Shown here: piece after piece, positions 27,463 to 40,700 of the stretch
Numbering within the stretch: the stretch's first letter is position 1
Layout: the number at the start of each line of letters is the position of its first letter
Assembly (NCBI GenBank): GCA_951406725.2
Contig: OX597830.1
Span: 38,626,001 to 38,690,000, forward strand
DNA: 64,000 nt
Origin: Octopus vulgaris
Lineage: Eukaryota
Reading direction: 5' to 3'
Translations under genes and position numbers: made by a program
Notes under the pieces: model-generated
Seen by the model: only the letters and a program-made list of their open reading frames with translations
Database searches by the model: none
Told to the model about the DNA's origin: nothing

Positions 27463-27632
27463 ATGTATATATATATATGTTTGCATGTACGTATGTTTCT
27501 CCTTCAACATTCTATATAGGATACTATGAAAGTTCGAAAAAGACAAGTTTTCAATTTTCATCTATATAAGTAAATCATATCTATCTTCTACTCTTCCCTA
27601 TTTAAGGTACACGATATTATGAAATATATCTA

Positions 27633-27830
27633 AGACGATGAGCTGGTAGAATCGTTAGCACGCCAGGAGAAATGTTTAGCAGTATTTCGTCTGCCGTTGT
27701 GTTCTGAGTTTAAACTCCGCCGAGGTCGAATTTGCATTTCATCCTTTCGGGGTTGATAAATTAAATACCAGTTAAACACTGCAGCGGATGTAATCGACAA
27801 GTCCCTCCCCAGCGAATTTTAGGCCCTGTC
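27633..27830 (+). mobile_element. SINE family B
   Basis: gagctggtagaatcgttagcacgcc..gttctgagtttaaactccgccgaggtcga.tttgc.tttcatcctttcgggg.tgataaa..taccagtt. Confidence 0.85.
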
Positions 27831-28029
27831 TAAAATGTATCTGTTCTCTGAATTGCTCTCTGTATATAATGTGACATTATAATATTTTCTGGATTTTTGT
27901 ATCGTCATTGTATAATACAGATAGTCAGTCTCTTATGCACAGAGAGATTTCATCTTTCTATGGAAAATATATGAAGATGAATCCCAAATCGTTTGTTGTA
28001 ACACCGATATATTTATATATTTATGTATG

Positions 28030-28083
<54 letters not shown>

Positions 28084-28277
28084 GTGTATATACATATGTG
28101 TGTGTGTGTATGCATGTATATGTTTGTGTGTATTTATATACCTGAGTACAATAAACAATTCAAAAATATAAGCATGATATTCCTGACTGAAGCGAGAACA
28201 GACTGTCACCGTATAGAAATCCTATAGTTGATATCCAGTGTATAAAATAGGTTAATATTATTTTTTTTTTCATCTGG

Positions 28278-29040
28278 GGTGGTGAGCTGGGTGAAACAGC
28301 ACACCGGACGGAATGCTTAGCGGTATTTCGTCTGTCTTTACGTTCTCAGTTCAAATTCTGCCAAGGACGACTTTGCCTTTCATCCTTTCGGTGTCGATAA
28401 ATTAAGTTCCGTGTATTGTGCATAGAGTAGAAAGGAATATCCTTTTCTACACAAGACCCGAAATTTTGGGGGAGGGGCCAGTCGATTAGATTGACTTCAG
28501 TACGCGACTGGTACTTAAATTATCGATCCCGAAATGATGAAAGGCAAAAATCGACCTCGGCGGAATTTGAACTCAGAACGTAGAGACAGACGAAATACCT
28601 ATTTCTTTCCTACCCACAATGGGCTAAAACAGAGGGGACAAACAAGGTCAGATAAACGTATTAAGTCGATTACACCTACCCCAGTGCGTAACTGGTACTT
28701 AATTTATCGACCCCCGAAAGGATGAAAGGCAAAGTCCACCTCGGCGTAATTTCAACTGAGAACGTAGCGGCAGACGGTAAGCATTTCGCACTGCGTGCTA
28801 ACGATTCTGCCAGCTTGCCGCCCTTAAATAATCCTTCCTACTATAAACACAAGGCCTGAATTTTTTTTAGAGGGGTGGCAGTCGATTAGACCGACACCAG
28901 TACACAACTGGTACTTAATTTATCAACCTCGAAAAGATGAAACGCAGCGTCGATGGAATCTGAACTCAGAACGTAAAGAGTGACGAAATACTGCTAAGCA
29001 TTGCAACCGGCGTGCTATCGATTCTGCCAGCTCGCCGCCT
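28278..29040. mobile_element. Cluster of four family B SINEs: + (28278-28440), then three - copies (about 28441-28599, 28602-28823, 28831-29040)
   Basis: Repeated actggtacttaatttatcga.cccgaaa.gatgaaaggcaaa..cgacctcggcg.aattt.aact.agaacgta motif and its reverse complement. Confidence 0.85.
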
Positions 29041-30479
29041 TTGTTCAGTGTAATATTGCACATGCAATAACCTTTCAACAAGCTGCAATTTAAATAAATA
29101 CTGCATAATTATATACTCAATTTTATATTATTTCGTTAGTAACTTTACAGAAGACGAGACGTTTTCCGTTTTCATTCTTTAATATCCGCTCAACTTAAAC
29201 TTCTTTGGCAAGTCAATTTTTTCAGAATATTTCTGCTTGTCTATGTTCAGGATGGCGACATTAGATAACCTAGGAATTTATAGGAAGTATAATTTTTATT
29301 CTAGTCAAATATGCGTTTTCACACAACTAATTAAAACTTGTATGAAAAACCTAATGAACGAGAATCTATTTTATCAGAACAACCTTATTAATATTAATAT
29401 TAATATATTGAACTATCACCAAATGTTTTCATAATATTTTATTTAACTATGAAGAATGAAATTTAAATCAAGGAACAGTATCGGTTGCAAAAATCAGCAG
29501 AACACTTTTCTAGATAGTATAGAACATATTTTCACTTACTTTCTAATATAAAATCCCATGAAAAACTTGAAACTTTCGATATACATTAACTCATGTGTCG
29601 AATCTCATGTGTTCAACAGGCTAGGTTCAATCGTACACACGCACACCCTCGCGTGTGCATATTGAAATAGATTTACTAGACATGTGTCAATGTTTGGAGA
29701 TATCATCATAAGAGTAATCGTTGTTGAATAATATTTCAAGATGTTTTAGAAATAATTAATAACAAAGATGTGGTGCTGAAAATATAAGGTTTAATAACTG
29801 ATGGGTATATCAAGGTTTGGTATTTAAATTCATCAAGTGACTTTTTTCACAAGATATTAATCATTTCCTTATAATTGCTACTAATGTTGTCGATATTCCA
29901 TCTATAATTATAATTTTATTTACAGATAATATATCATATTACATGACATGTCTGTAACTCTCTCAAATGCAGTAAACAGCAGTGAATAGGAGTTCTGAAA
30001 TGCGATAATCAATCATTCGATTTTAATGGAAACAAATACAAAAGAAATTATTTAACTAATGCTGAGAAATGAGTTCAATTCATAAATCATGTTTATATTT
30101 TGCTTGAGTGACGTTTCTTCTTTTTTTTTGTTTTTGAAGAACTTTCGTCGAGAGAGGAAAGCAATATTGTGATTCATGACATTAACAATGGATCATGTAA
30201 CAAATGTCAACATTTAATGGCTGTTCAATTGAACAAGGATATCTAATTCGATAAAGTAAAATAATGCGAAGCAATTTGTTATTCCCTGCTCAATATAATA
30301 TCTAGTAAATATGTTTTGATACGATTTTGAAATGTTGCGACAGATTGTCGATAGGAAGAATATATGTGTCATAGAGACCGTAGCACAGCTAAAGACATTA
30401 TAGCGAGTTACCACATAATGTCCTCTCATGAACAATAATACCGCAGCATTGCCGTTATGAAATTCCGGTAGAAGATAGG

Positions 30480-30556
30480 GACGACTTTATTTATAATAAA
30501 AACAGTTCTACTAAACAGACGACTTTCTATATAACAAAAACAGTTCTACTAAACAA
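30480..30556. repeat. 38-bp tandem duplication
   Basis: gacgacttt.t.tataa.aaaaacagttctactaaaca twice. Confidence 0.8.
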
Positions 30557-30837
30557 ACGATGTTAATAACAGGGATTGTTACTAGGTTTCAGGTTAAAGA
30601 CACACAAAATCAGTCTTTCATTCTATCATAGGTTTTACTATATTTCATAGAATAGAAAACCAGATCAAAGATATTCCATACCGTGTTACTTGTAATATAA
30701 GATTTGGAACCGTCAATAGGAATATTTTCGAAAATATTTATATTAGTACAAGGAATATCATGAAAACTATGAAAATGAACTGTAATGAGAGCAGCAGTCT
30801 AAAAGTTACGAATAATCTAATGAATACTTTTGGCCTA

Positions 30838-30961
<124 letters not shown>

Positions 30962-31027
30962 AGGTCCCGGGTTGAGTCCGGGTTAACCACAGTAAATAAG
31001 GTACTCAATACATAGCAGAGTAAATTA

Positions 31028-31157
31028 ATTTATTTTATAGAAGGAGCATCTACAGGACTAGAACTGTTTCATTCAAAAGAAATCATCAGGAAGCTTCCTG
31101 ATGATTTCTTTTGAATGAAACAGTTCTAGTCCTGTAGAAGCTCCTTCTATAAAATAA

Positions 31158-31159
<2 letters not shown>
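31028..31159. repeat. 132-bp near-perfect palindrome (66-bp arms, 1 mismatch, no loop) with an HHR-like core, in (TA)n
   Basis: Centre aag|ctt at 31093/31094; CTGATGA at 31098-31104 and GAAAC at 31117-31121. Confidence 0.9.
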
Positions 31160-31205
<46 letters not shown>

Positions 31206-31386
31206 CATGAGGTAGTACGTTCCATTATTATTATAAACGTCGGATGGTTTTTTCCAGATTGAATATCGGAATGCTCCGCCCAGCATCATTCATTCATAAT
31301 ACCGAAAGTTTACGTCGATATAAGTTACCTGACAACTAAAATATCAAGTTTTGCATTCAAAAGTAAAGGTTTCCGTAATAGCCATC

Positions 31387-31548
<162 letters not shown>

Positions 31549-31589
31549 TGATATATGAGTGTATGTGTGTGTAAATGTCGAACGATAAG

Positions 31590-32765
31590 AATAAGTCCTC
31601 ATCACCGCATTGGTAGACATGATTTCTTTATTTGTGAATGAATGCTATCAATGTGAATTAAGACTTCTACTACTTTTTCAAAACGGAAAGTTTGAAAACT
31701 TGTTAAGACACTACGATATTTTTCTACTTTTCTCAACATGAAACTAATGGTAGCCTTAATTCATAAATAGAGGAATTAAACCCACCAATGCGGTGTTGAG
31801 CATTCAAAATATATACACAATACTGGTAATTCTTCTAATTGTAATACACATTTTACACCATGACAACGTCACGGTTTGAAGACTCACTCAGATAGAGAAT
31901 ACAGGTCGGGAAGAATTGGTCATGTCAATGAACAACCAATGAAACTCATAGACACATTTGACAACTCAATCGATCAAATAAGCCTAACAACCGATATATG
32001 AATCATGATGTCGGCTGGTTGAATTTGATTTTCGGTTCGCACGTTTCAAACAAGATCGCTGGAAATTTCCTTGCTACATCTAATCGGTATTAAACTTTTT
32101 TTTTAATCGGCTGATTGTTAAGGTATCCTACACTAACTCTTCTAACTTAGAGCAGCTTATGCATCGCATAAACAATAGCAAAATGTGACAAAGTTTCAAC
32201 TGCACACCTACTGGATCTAGCGAACATACGCATTTAAATACTAACAAAAATGTAAACCGCAAGGAAAAACTCCAATTACAGCCAAATTGTAATAGTAATA
32301 CAGCTAACACGGTAACAACGTTGGTAAATGGAGTCGAGACTGCCTTACATAGAAATAAATACGATAAATGCTCGTGCAGGGAAAGATTAATATGTCCATT
32401 GATGTATCTTTTTATGAGTACAAATCTTGTATATAAATATATTGTGCACACAAAGGGAGGGCCGTATGTTTACAGTGGGCAGATTCGTTATCATAACCAT
32501 GTCGTCAGCGTTAAGACAATCAATAAGAGACATTGAAACACTTTGGCCGATTTTGTATGGCGACTGAAGGAGGATAAAAGGTAGTATAGCATAACCTGGT
32601 CCATAGTAAGGCACGCCACGCGAAACCATTAATATAATTTCCAGGAGATGCTGACCATGCTCCGAGGAATCCTTGTCTATTCTGTGGACTAATGAAAAGA
32701 TCATTAATAGAATTTCTGAAAAACTCTCGAGATGCCTACACGCATATAAATTATTTTCGCATGAA
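31590..32765 (+). mobile_element. Decayed Penelope-like retroelement (RT remnants and GIY-YIG endonuclease)
   Basis: GWLNLIFGSHVSNKIAGNFL (WFNPPF..V.TNIG..FL); KCSCRERLICPL..NLVY..VYSGQ.RYHNHVVS..KRH*NTLADFVWRLKE..YSITWSIV matches the PLE GIY-YIG CNCR..CPL..VY..YxG..RYxNH..LS.YIW.LK..I.W.I pattern. Confidence 0.75.
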
Positions 32766-33371
32766 GCAGTGGGAATGAATTCTGAGTAACTGTTAACATA
32801 ATTTACTTTAAGCTATGGAGGACGTAAGTTTACTCTTAACCGTGTCATTCTTACAAACTCGAAGTAGATAGTTAAGTCACATTATGATCATGAGTGTACC
32901 AAATCTCGTGTGCATATGCCCACATTTTCCCGGATGCTTGTATGAGTGAGTGTACTCGCGCCATACAGCTTGCCCGAGGGCGTTTATACATCCTTATTCG
33001 TTAATGGTTATTGTAAATAATATTCTCACTGTATTGTTCGTTCGTTTCCCTTTTTTCCACCTGGGATTTTATTTTTGATCTTCTATATAAATAAAGATAT
33101 TTCCTCCAACTGGCTGTTTTTCTTTCTACAAAATGAGAAGTTACATTACGGAACAGTTATTTGAACGAGATGAGTCTATTTCTCACCCGATGAGATACAC
33201 CTACACCGCAGGATGCTCCTGTGCCAGCTGTTGAGCATGCCCCCTCGTGACGGATCGATGATAGATGTGTCGAAACAATTGTCGTGATTAATAATAACTT
33301 CTCACATATTCCATCTTCCTTTTTCCATTTGCCATATACATTCATATATATATATGTATATGTGTGAATAA

Positions 33372-33423
<52 letters not shown>

Positions 33424-33452
33424 GTGCATATGTATATATGTATATACATACA

Positions 33453-33524
<72 letters not shown>

Positions 33525-34293
33525 CATACATTCATATATATATATTCTGTAAAGAGCTTAATTTATTCAAATCTATGAAACATCAATAGTTACGTGAACA
33601 TCTTACTTTTGTTACTAAATAAGTTGGAGAATAATTTTCTTAGTGTTGTATATGAATTGGCAATCAACGTTTATCTTTATAGCGGGAAAAGTTAGAAATG
33701 CATTGATTACTCTCTGAAATATATCATGTATCAATATGTTCGTGCCCATTGGGATGCCTGGAAATTAGAAAAGTGTTCACCAAAGAGATGTTATGAAGGC
33801 TGATAAAAATCATATACATTATCTTTCCATTCTCTTGAATTTGTGAATTTATTCCATTAGAGATTGTGAAGTGACCTAAATATTCGGTGATATACGAGCG
33901 ATATAAATTAATCCCGGTATATCAAAAGCAATCAGTGCGCACTGCAGTGAAATAATTAGACCTCCAGCAAAAGGCAAATGCTATTAGTTTCGTATTTTTG
34001 GCTGCAACTTTCCACATTAACCACGGTTCGACTGATGTCGATACAATACGATTGAATGCAGGAAGGCAACAGATTTAGAAATTGACTATTTGACGGTTAG
34101 TAAAAGAGCAATATTTTAATGTAAGAATGATGATTTCTGGAAGAAGAAGGACGATATCGTATCAAGAATATACAAAAGCAGTACTAGAATAATAAAACGT
34201 AGGACAACAGTCACATTCAGTTTACGAAATGATATTGACATTACAGTGCATGTATAATGGCAAACTTTTCTATAAATATTATAAAATAGCTCA

Positions 34294-34466
34294 AGAGAGC
34301 AAACTGGCAGATGTGTTAGCACACCGGAACAAAAGTTCCGCCGAGTTCTATTTTACTTTTCATCTTTTTGAGTTCAATAAAATAATTAGCAGTTAAACAC
34401 TGATATCGAATTCATCGACTTATCCCCACTCCCGAAAATGCTGTCCTTGTGCTAAAATGTGAAATC
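34294..34466 (+). mobile_element. SINE family B with a 19-bp target-site duplication
   Basis: TSD aatattataaaatagctca at 34275-34293 and 34467-34485. Confidence 0.8.
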
Positions 34467-34898
34467 AATATTATAAAATAGCTCATGTTTTATCCGTAAT
34501 GGTACTTCAGTATCGGCAAGGGCAAATACTCATGTATTATTATCAGCTTATTACTTTCTTCTAAATACATTTATAAAACTCCATTTCTTAACTTTTAAAA
34601 TGCCAATTCAACTTGATTTTCTAAAACAAGAGACAGAAAATATAAAACTCCAGATACATTTCCATTCAAATACGACGTTAAGAAAAAACAGGTCTAGAGG
34701 TAAAAAAGAATATTTTGTGAAGCATGGTTCTACAATGAGTTTTATTCCTTTAACTTTCTATGCACTTTTACATTAATGATGGCGTTGTGATTGATGTCTT
34801 TAATTTTTGAACTTTTGTTTGTTGGTTATCGTAGAAATTATATTGACCAAAATGTAGTCCCATAGGATTGCAGTAAAATGAATTTTAGTGGGAAGGAA

Positions 34899-35467
34899 TT
34901 GGGTTGTCCGGAAAGTTCGTGTCGATTTTTAAAGGAAAGAAAAAAAAGTTCAATAAATACTTGCCATTACATTTTTAATCAACCTACTATGAACCATTTT
35001 GTTGGACAATGCGTCTCCATCTTTCCTTCAACTTGAAAATACCCTCTTCCCAGAATTGAGGTGGTTTCATGGCAAAGAATTCATCACGGTATCTTTTTAC
35101 GTCATCCAAGGAATTAATGTTTTTACCATTAAGACTATTCTGCAGAGACCTGAATAAGTGGAAATCCGAAGGAGCAATATATGGTGGATATGGAGGGTGG
35201 GGTAACACGTCCCAGCCGAGCTGCAGCAATTTTTGTCTGGTTCCCAAGGCATCAAGTGCCAAAAATGAACGTTCTGGTCTTTTATTTTAAAGGGTTACAG
35301 AATTAACACAGGTTATAGGAACATAAACCTTCGTCCACGAAAAGATTGCTTAAACTGTGCTCTAAATGGAGGGGTAGTCAAATCCTATTTTATGGGCTCA
35401 ACCATGTTCTAAAATAAGTCGAAAGGCAAGCTACTATAAATCAGCACGAACTTTCCGGACAACTCAA
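34899..35467 (-). mobile_element. Internally deleted mariner (Tc1/mariner) transposon
   Basis: TIRs of about 30 bp (ttgggttgtccggaaagttcgtgtcgattt / aaatcagcacgaactttccggacaactcaa), TA on the right flank; transposase C-terminus WDVLPHPPYPPYIAPSDFHLFRSLQNSLNGK. Confidence 0.9.
34987..35262 (-). pseudogene. Mariner transposase C-terminal remnant
   Basis: The mariner YSPDLAPSD motif is mutated to YPPYIAPSD; N-terminal two thirds are missing. Confidence 0.8.
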
Positions 35468-36324
35468 TATATTGAAAATGTTGATGGCGGCTGCAATAGG
35501 GGCACTGTGTGAGAAATACGAGAAGACATATTTGATGTTCATTGCTTAGTAATTCAGTGGAACAAGCAGAGTTATTTGCACTAAAAGATTGTGTTAATAG
35601 TCGAAACATCTGAATTTATTTGTATCTTTCGGGTATATTGCCTTTTATAGGTAGTTTAAAATACTGAATGTGGTAGATATACTGACCACCCCAAATACCT
35701 GACAGCAGAGATAAAATGGGAATTAAGGGTGGCTGATTTGCAAATACTTTGAACGATATTCTATTCTCCAAATAAAAATCTAATTAAATGTATTTAATGT
35801 AGATTTACGTAATGGAATATTGAGTTTTATGAGAGAAAGTACGTTTTTATTTCAAATAAATATATTATTGCATCATTAAGTCAGTGAATTAGTATAGCAA
35901 GTTTCGTAGAGATGCGAAGCAAATCCCTTGTGGAATATATGTACGAAACATATATTCACATCGTCGTTACATTATAGAGTATATATTAGTTTACTTACCT
36001 ATGTGTTTCCCGCCATATTGCTGGAACTTTACCAATGTTAATGATTATTATAGATTTGTAACATTTGAATAAGTTCGTAAAACCTTGCGTTTAGCTTTCA
36101 ACATTTTAAGTCATGATTAGAACCAGTCAAAATCATTAACTAATGATAGACCCGCAACAAGCACAATGCTTAATAAACAACACTCACTTTATTTCATAAA
36201 TACTTTCTACACATTGAAGACGGAAATATTAAAGCATTGAACATTAATTTTGCATCATAAAAATGCTGAAATTTACCACTTAAGCTACACTCTGGATTTA
36301 AGTAGAAAATCTGTTTTGTTTGAC

Positions 36325-36470
36325 ATGATACAAATATTCGTTTCATATTCTGGCACAAAGCCACTAAATTCGGGAGAGTGCGTAGGTCGATTACATCAAC
36401 TGTAGTGTTCAACTGGTAATTATTTTGTAGAATATGAAATGATGAAATCCAAAGTCGACGCCGGGTAGAA
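36325..36470 (-). mobile_element. Degraded SINE family B
   Basis: gtcgattacatcaac..agtgttcaactggta..gatgaaa..caaagtcgac. Confidence 0.6.
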
Positions 36471-36488
36471 TACAAATATTAATGTTGT

Positions 36489-36795
36489 GGAGGCATATGA
36501 CCTAGTGGTTAGAGCAGCGGACTAGCAGGTGAAGGATCGCGGATTCGAATCTCAGAGCGGGCGATGTGTGCATTTATGAGCGAAACACCTAAGCTCCACG
36601 CGGCTCCGGCAGAAGGTAATACCAGACTTCTGCTGACTCTTTCGCCACAACTTTCTCCCACTCTTTCCTCCTGCATCTTGCAGCTCACCTGCGTCAGACT
36701 GGCGCCCCGTCAGGTGGGGAACCTATACGCCAAAGAAACCGGGAAACCGGCCCTTATGAGCCAGGCGTGGCTCGAGAAGGAACAATAAAACAAGA
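36489..36795 (+). mobile_element. tRNA-derived SINE, family C variant (V-domain-like tail), with a 15-bp TSD
   Basis: A box tgacctagtggttag, B box ggattcgaatct; tail shared with the 23288 copy; TSD aaatattaatgttgt at 36474-36488 and 36796-36810. Confidence 0.85.
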
Positions 36796-37889
36796 AAATA
36801 TTAATGTTGTATATGTAGCCCATATAGCTCTGAATACGAATCGAAACACTTTCATATATACCTATCTTTATTTTGTATGTATTGATTACTTGCTTAAATC
36901 GGACATATTCTATTTCAGCTACCTCACTACTCTTCTTTAGAAAATATTGGCACTATGCATAATGTGTTGTAATGCAATGCACAGGTTTACATAGTTTCAA
37001 ACTACAGGCTATCACAGCTATTGTATTTTTACAATTAAGTGAGAGCTACGAAAATAATACAGCACAACGCAATACGAACAACATTCAACGTATTCAAAGA
37101 GTAAACATGTAAGACATTTTAATGTATATAAAAGTTATACTACAGAGAAAGGAGAACATAAAGTTGCAGTATTATATTATTCATGAATATAAAAAGCGAT
37201 CAAACTTCTTAAGTTTCATTCTCCAGATGGAAAAAAGAGACAGTTTTACTATAGTCGGATATAAGAATGAAATAACATTATTGTACAAATATATTAATAC
37301 GCCTCCGAAGTTACACAAGAATTTAACAACTATACTTTATTAGAATGAAATTCTTTCTCTCTGTATTATGGTTATTACAGCGGTAATTATGGTTTCGTTT
37401 ATTTGTCAGCAGGATATATTTCTGCATAAAACAAACTGCTAGAAATAAGTTTAAATCACAAGTAAAGATACATATGTATAGCTTTGTAAAAAGTGAACGA
37501 GGTCTCTAGCTAAATATTCTCATGTAAGTTAGAGAATCCTCACAGAGGCACAAGCACAATACATACATACATACATACAAACATACATATATACATATGT
37601 ATGTAGGGTGATAGTTGATTCCGTTTAGTCCAGTAATTGTTTAACACTCTATTTTATATGCCTCGAAAGGATGACAAGCGGAAAGAGCAGGGTTATTTCC
37701 TGTCGCTCTCATGGCAGAACAGTATATGTCCCCTGTGTTACCTTCTGGGATGTAATCTGATAGGAAACACTTTCGCCTTTCGTCCCTCCTGGATTGGTAA
37801 CTTCGGATTCCAATCTGGTTAATGGGTCTATGCCATTCACTAAACTCGACTCATTTCAAATTCTCATGCTCGTAAACCACAATTTAAAA

Positions 37890-38230
37890 CGACGAGCAGG
37901 TAGGATAGTTCGAGCGTCGAAACAATGCATAGTCATGTTATGTTTCCTTCTGTTCTTTATGTTCTGAGTTCCAAATCGGCTTTTCACAATTTCAGGTCAA
38001 TAAAATAATGTAATTCAAGTGATCGGATCGCTATAATTGACTACCCATCCCCCTAAATCTACTGGCTTCGTTCCCCCTTTGTTCAGACTCATACTTTGTG
38101 TTCTGAAGTCTGTTTCGCATTTCATTCCTCCGGGGTCGATAAGATACGGTGGCAGTCAAACAATAAAATCAACTGAAGCAACAAACATCATCCCCTTTTA
38201 AGTCTGCTTGTCTTCTGCCTAATCAGAAAC
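37890..38230 (+). mobile_element. Two degraded family B SINEs
   Basis: gttctgagttc..taaaataa and tttcattcctccggggtcgataa motifs. Confidence 0.5.
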
Positions 38231-39376
38231 AAGTATTGTTTTTGTTTCTTTTAGAATGCATCTGTCCACATCAGATATGTTGTTTTCAAGCTACAGATGG
38301 CAAAGTTTTGTGATAAAAGTGACCCCGTTAAGAAAGGATTCCTACTTCGCGTTTCGTGTTTGTTGCGTCAGTATTTTACTAAATATTTTATTGCCCAGCC
38401 CACACAAAAGAATATAAAAGAGCATGTAACACATCGTCTCCTTTATTCAGCCAGGAAACGGGGCTAGAGCATGAGTGTGGAGTTACAATCAGGAGTTCAT
38501 TTACTAAAGATACGATTCAATCTTTCCAGTAAACATTAGAACACATTTCATCATTGGTTCTGTTAAGGAAAATATCATCCACAGGAACCATATTACAAAA
38601 TGCGTGTAGTAGGCACGCAGTATATTCTGGATGTTTATATAGCAGATAGTTTTCTTGTGTGTCAAATCACCTGTTTTGGATCGCTTCCTTCGCAGAAATT
38701 TGTTGCAATTCGAAGAACAGAGAATTCAATATTTCAATGCCTGTAACCCGTAAGGAGTAGCAATGCTGAGTATTTAAGCATACAATAAGCACATTATATG
38801 TAATAGTTTAATCATTTCTTCAGAGTAAACAGACGTTAAATGTTTGGCGAGAATCCAAGCAAAATGATTGCTGCATGTTCTCGTTAATCTGATGTGGTGG
38901 CATCTGATCTGCGTTATCAGAAGCCTAAAAATTATAATCTTTATGTATGCTACGTTTTACCGAGAATGGTCTAAAATATTTACTTTACGATACAATTTTG
39001 ATGAAATGAACGCTTATAACTGAGTAAAGAATAATTACTTGCTGCCGACATAGCTGCCAAATTTAGGCCAATTACAAAAGGTCGCTTTCTTGTGTAGCGG
39101 ATCTGGGCTAGGATTGTGACTCAATAGAAATCTGAGGGACCATTTGTCATGATAGGCCTTTTCCACAAAATGTATCTCATATATTCTTAGGTATTGAATT
39201 TATTCCAAATGAGGAGTAGTAGAGCCGTGTAAATATATGTTCATGATGTTACCTTAATGAGGTCAGATACCAAAGAAGTCGAACTGATTAGTATTGTTCT
39301 AAACAACTACATGGAATAGCAACTGCAGTGACAATTCCATGTTACAGTCAAATGTTATACCGACAAACTAGTTATA

Positions 39377-39735
39377 TCTCTATATATAAACGGCAAAATG
39401 TATGTGTGTGTGTTCTTTATACAAATCCACAATTCTTCAGTTAGAGGGCTCGCACTTTCTATGGTCATTCAAAACCATCCATGAATGGTCGTACACATCT
39501 TTACCTTCCCCATTCACCTCGCAAAGCCATTAAAATCAATAGAAGTGACTTTTTTGTGAATTTTCTATCCAAAACCTAATCGAAATGCTCGAAACTTGGT
39601 ACGCCAATTGAATGCCAGCTAGCTGTATGTGATTGGTTGAAGATTCAGACAGTACTCGCGTGTATGTGTGCACGCACGCAGCTGTATATGCATGCACTAG
39701 CACTATGACCCGGCAACGCCCGGTCATAGTGCTAG
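39377..39735 (+). mobile_element. Non-autonomous Helitron
   Basis: 5' A|TCTCTATATATAAA, 3' GC-rich hairpin gacccggcaacgcccggtc then CTAG|T; inserted in an A|T dinucleotide with no TSD. Confidence 0.8.
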
Positions 39736-40299
39736 TCTGGGATATATTTCGTTCTGAAAAGCCTTCTAGATATCAACTAGAACAGTGTTACCGATTTTGT
39801 AGCACTCTCCACTACAAGTTTCAGTATTGATGATGGTAAAGTGTGTAATGTGAGGGATGATTGGGGGGAATAGCTCCTCATGAAAGAACTCGTTAGAGCA
39901 TGCATTTCTATAATTTATAGTTATAGTCAAATAGCACCAAGGAGCAAAATTGAAAACCGTTGCTCCCGTTCATTTATCACACACTTCCACACATTTGCGT
40001 TTACATTTCTTTCAATATTTGTCTCTAGATACTCATAAAACTGAAATACATTGACGATGGCGTCAGAGTTATCACTTTAAAACAAAGAAATGGAAGTTAA
40101 TCACTGAAATCTTTTCGAAATATATTATAAAGCGTCATAAATAATATTAAAGTTAGTGAGCGAAACAACGTTACATATATTGTGTATTTGATTCAATCTT
40201 CCAATTTTCGACTAATGTAATGGAAGGGAGAGTTTAGTCCAGCTGATAAAAGTCTCTTTCTGACTCTCTCACTCTCCTCTTCCTCCCTTTGTCGCAAAT

Positions 40300-40353
<54 letters not shown>

Positions 40354-40515
40354 ATGTCTGTGCATATGTGTGAGCGCGTAGGGTCGGGCCTACGGAATTT
40401 TCAGCGTGTTACTCACTTAGTATTCTTCTCCGAGCACTATATCTAAAGTAATTAAAAAGCCATATGATACGCCATGATATATCTAAGGTTTAAGTATAAG
40501 AGTTGGTCAGGCTCT

Positions 40516-40535
40516 GCATAACGAGTAGACAATTA

Positions 40536-40590
<55 letters not shown>

Positions 40591-40700
40591 CATTCATACA
40601 TACATACATACATACATACATACATACATACATACATACATACATACATACATACATACATACATACATACATACATACATACATACATACATACATCCA
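40516..40700. repeat. Compound (TA)n(CATA)n microsatellite
   Basis: Direct reading. Confidence 0.95.
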
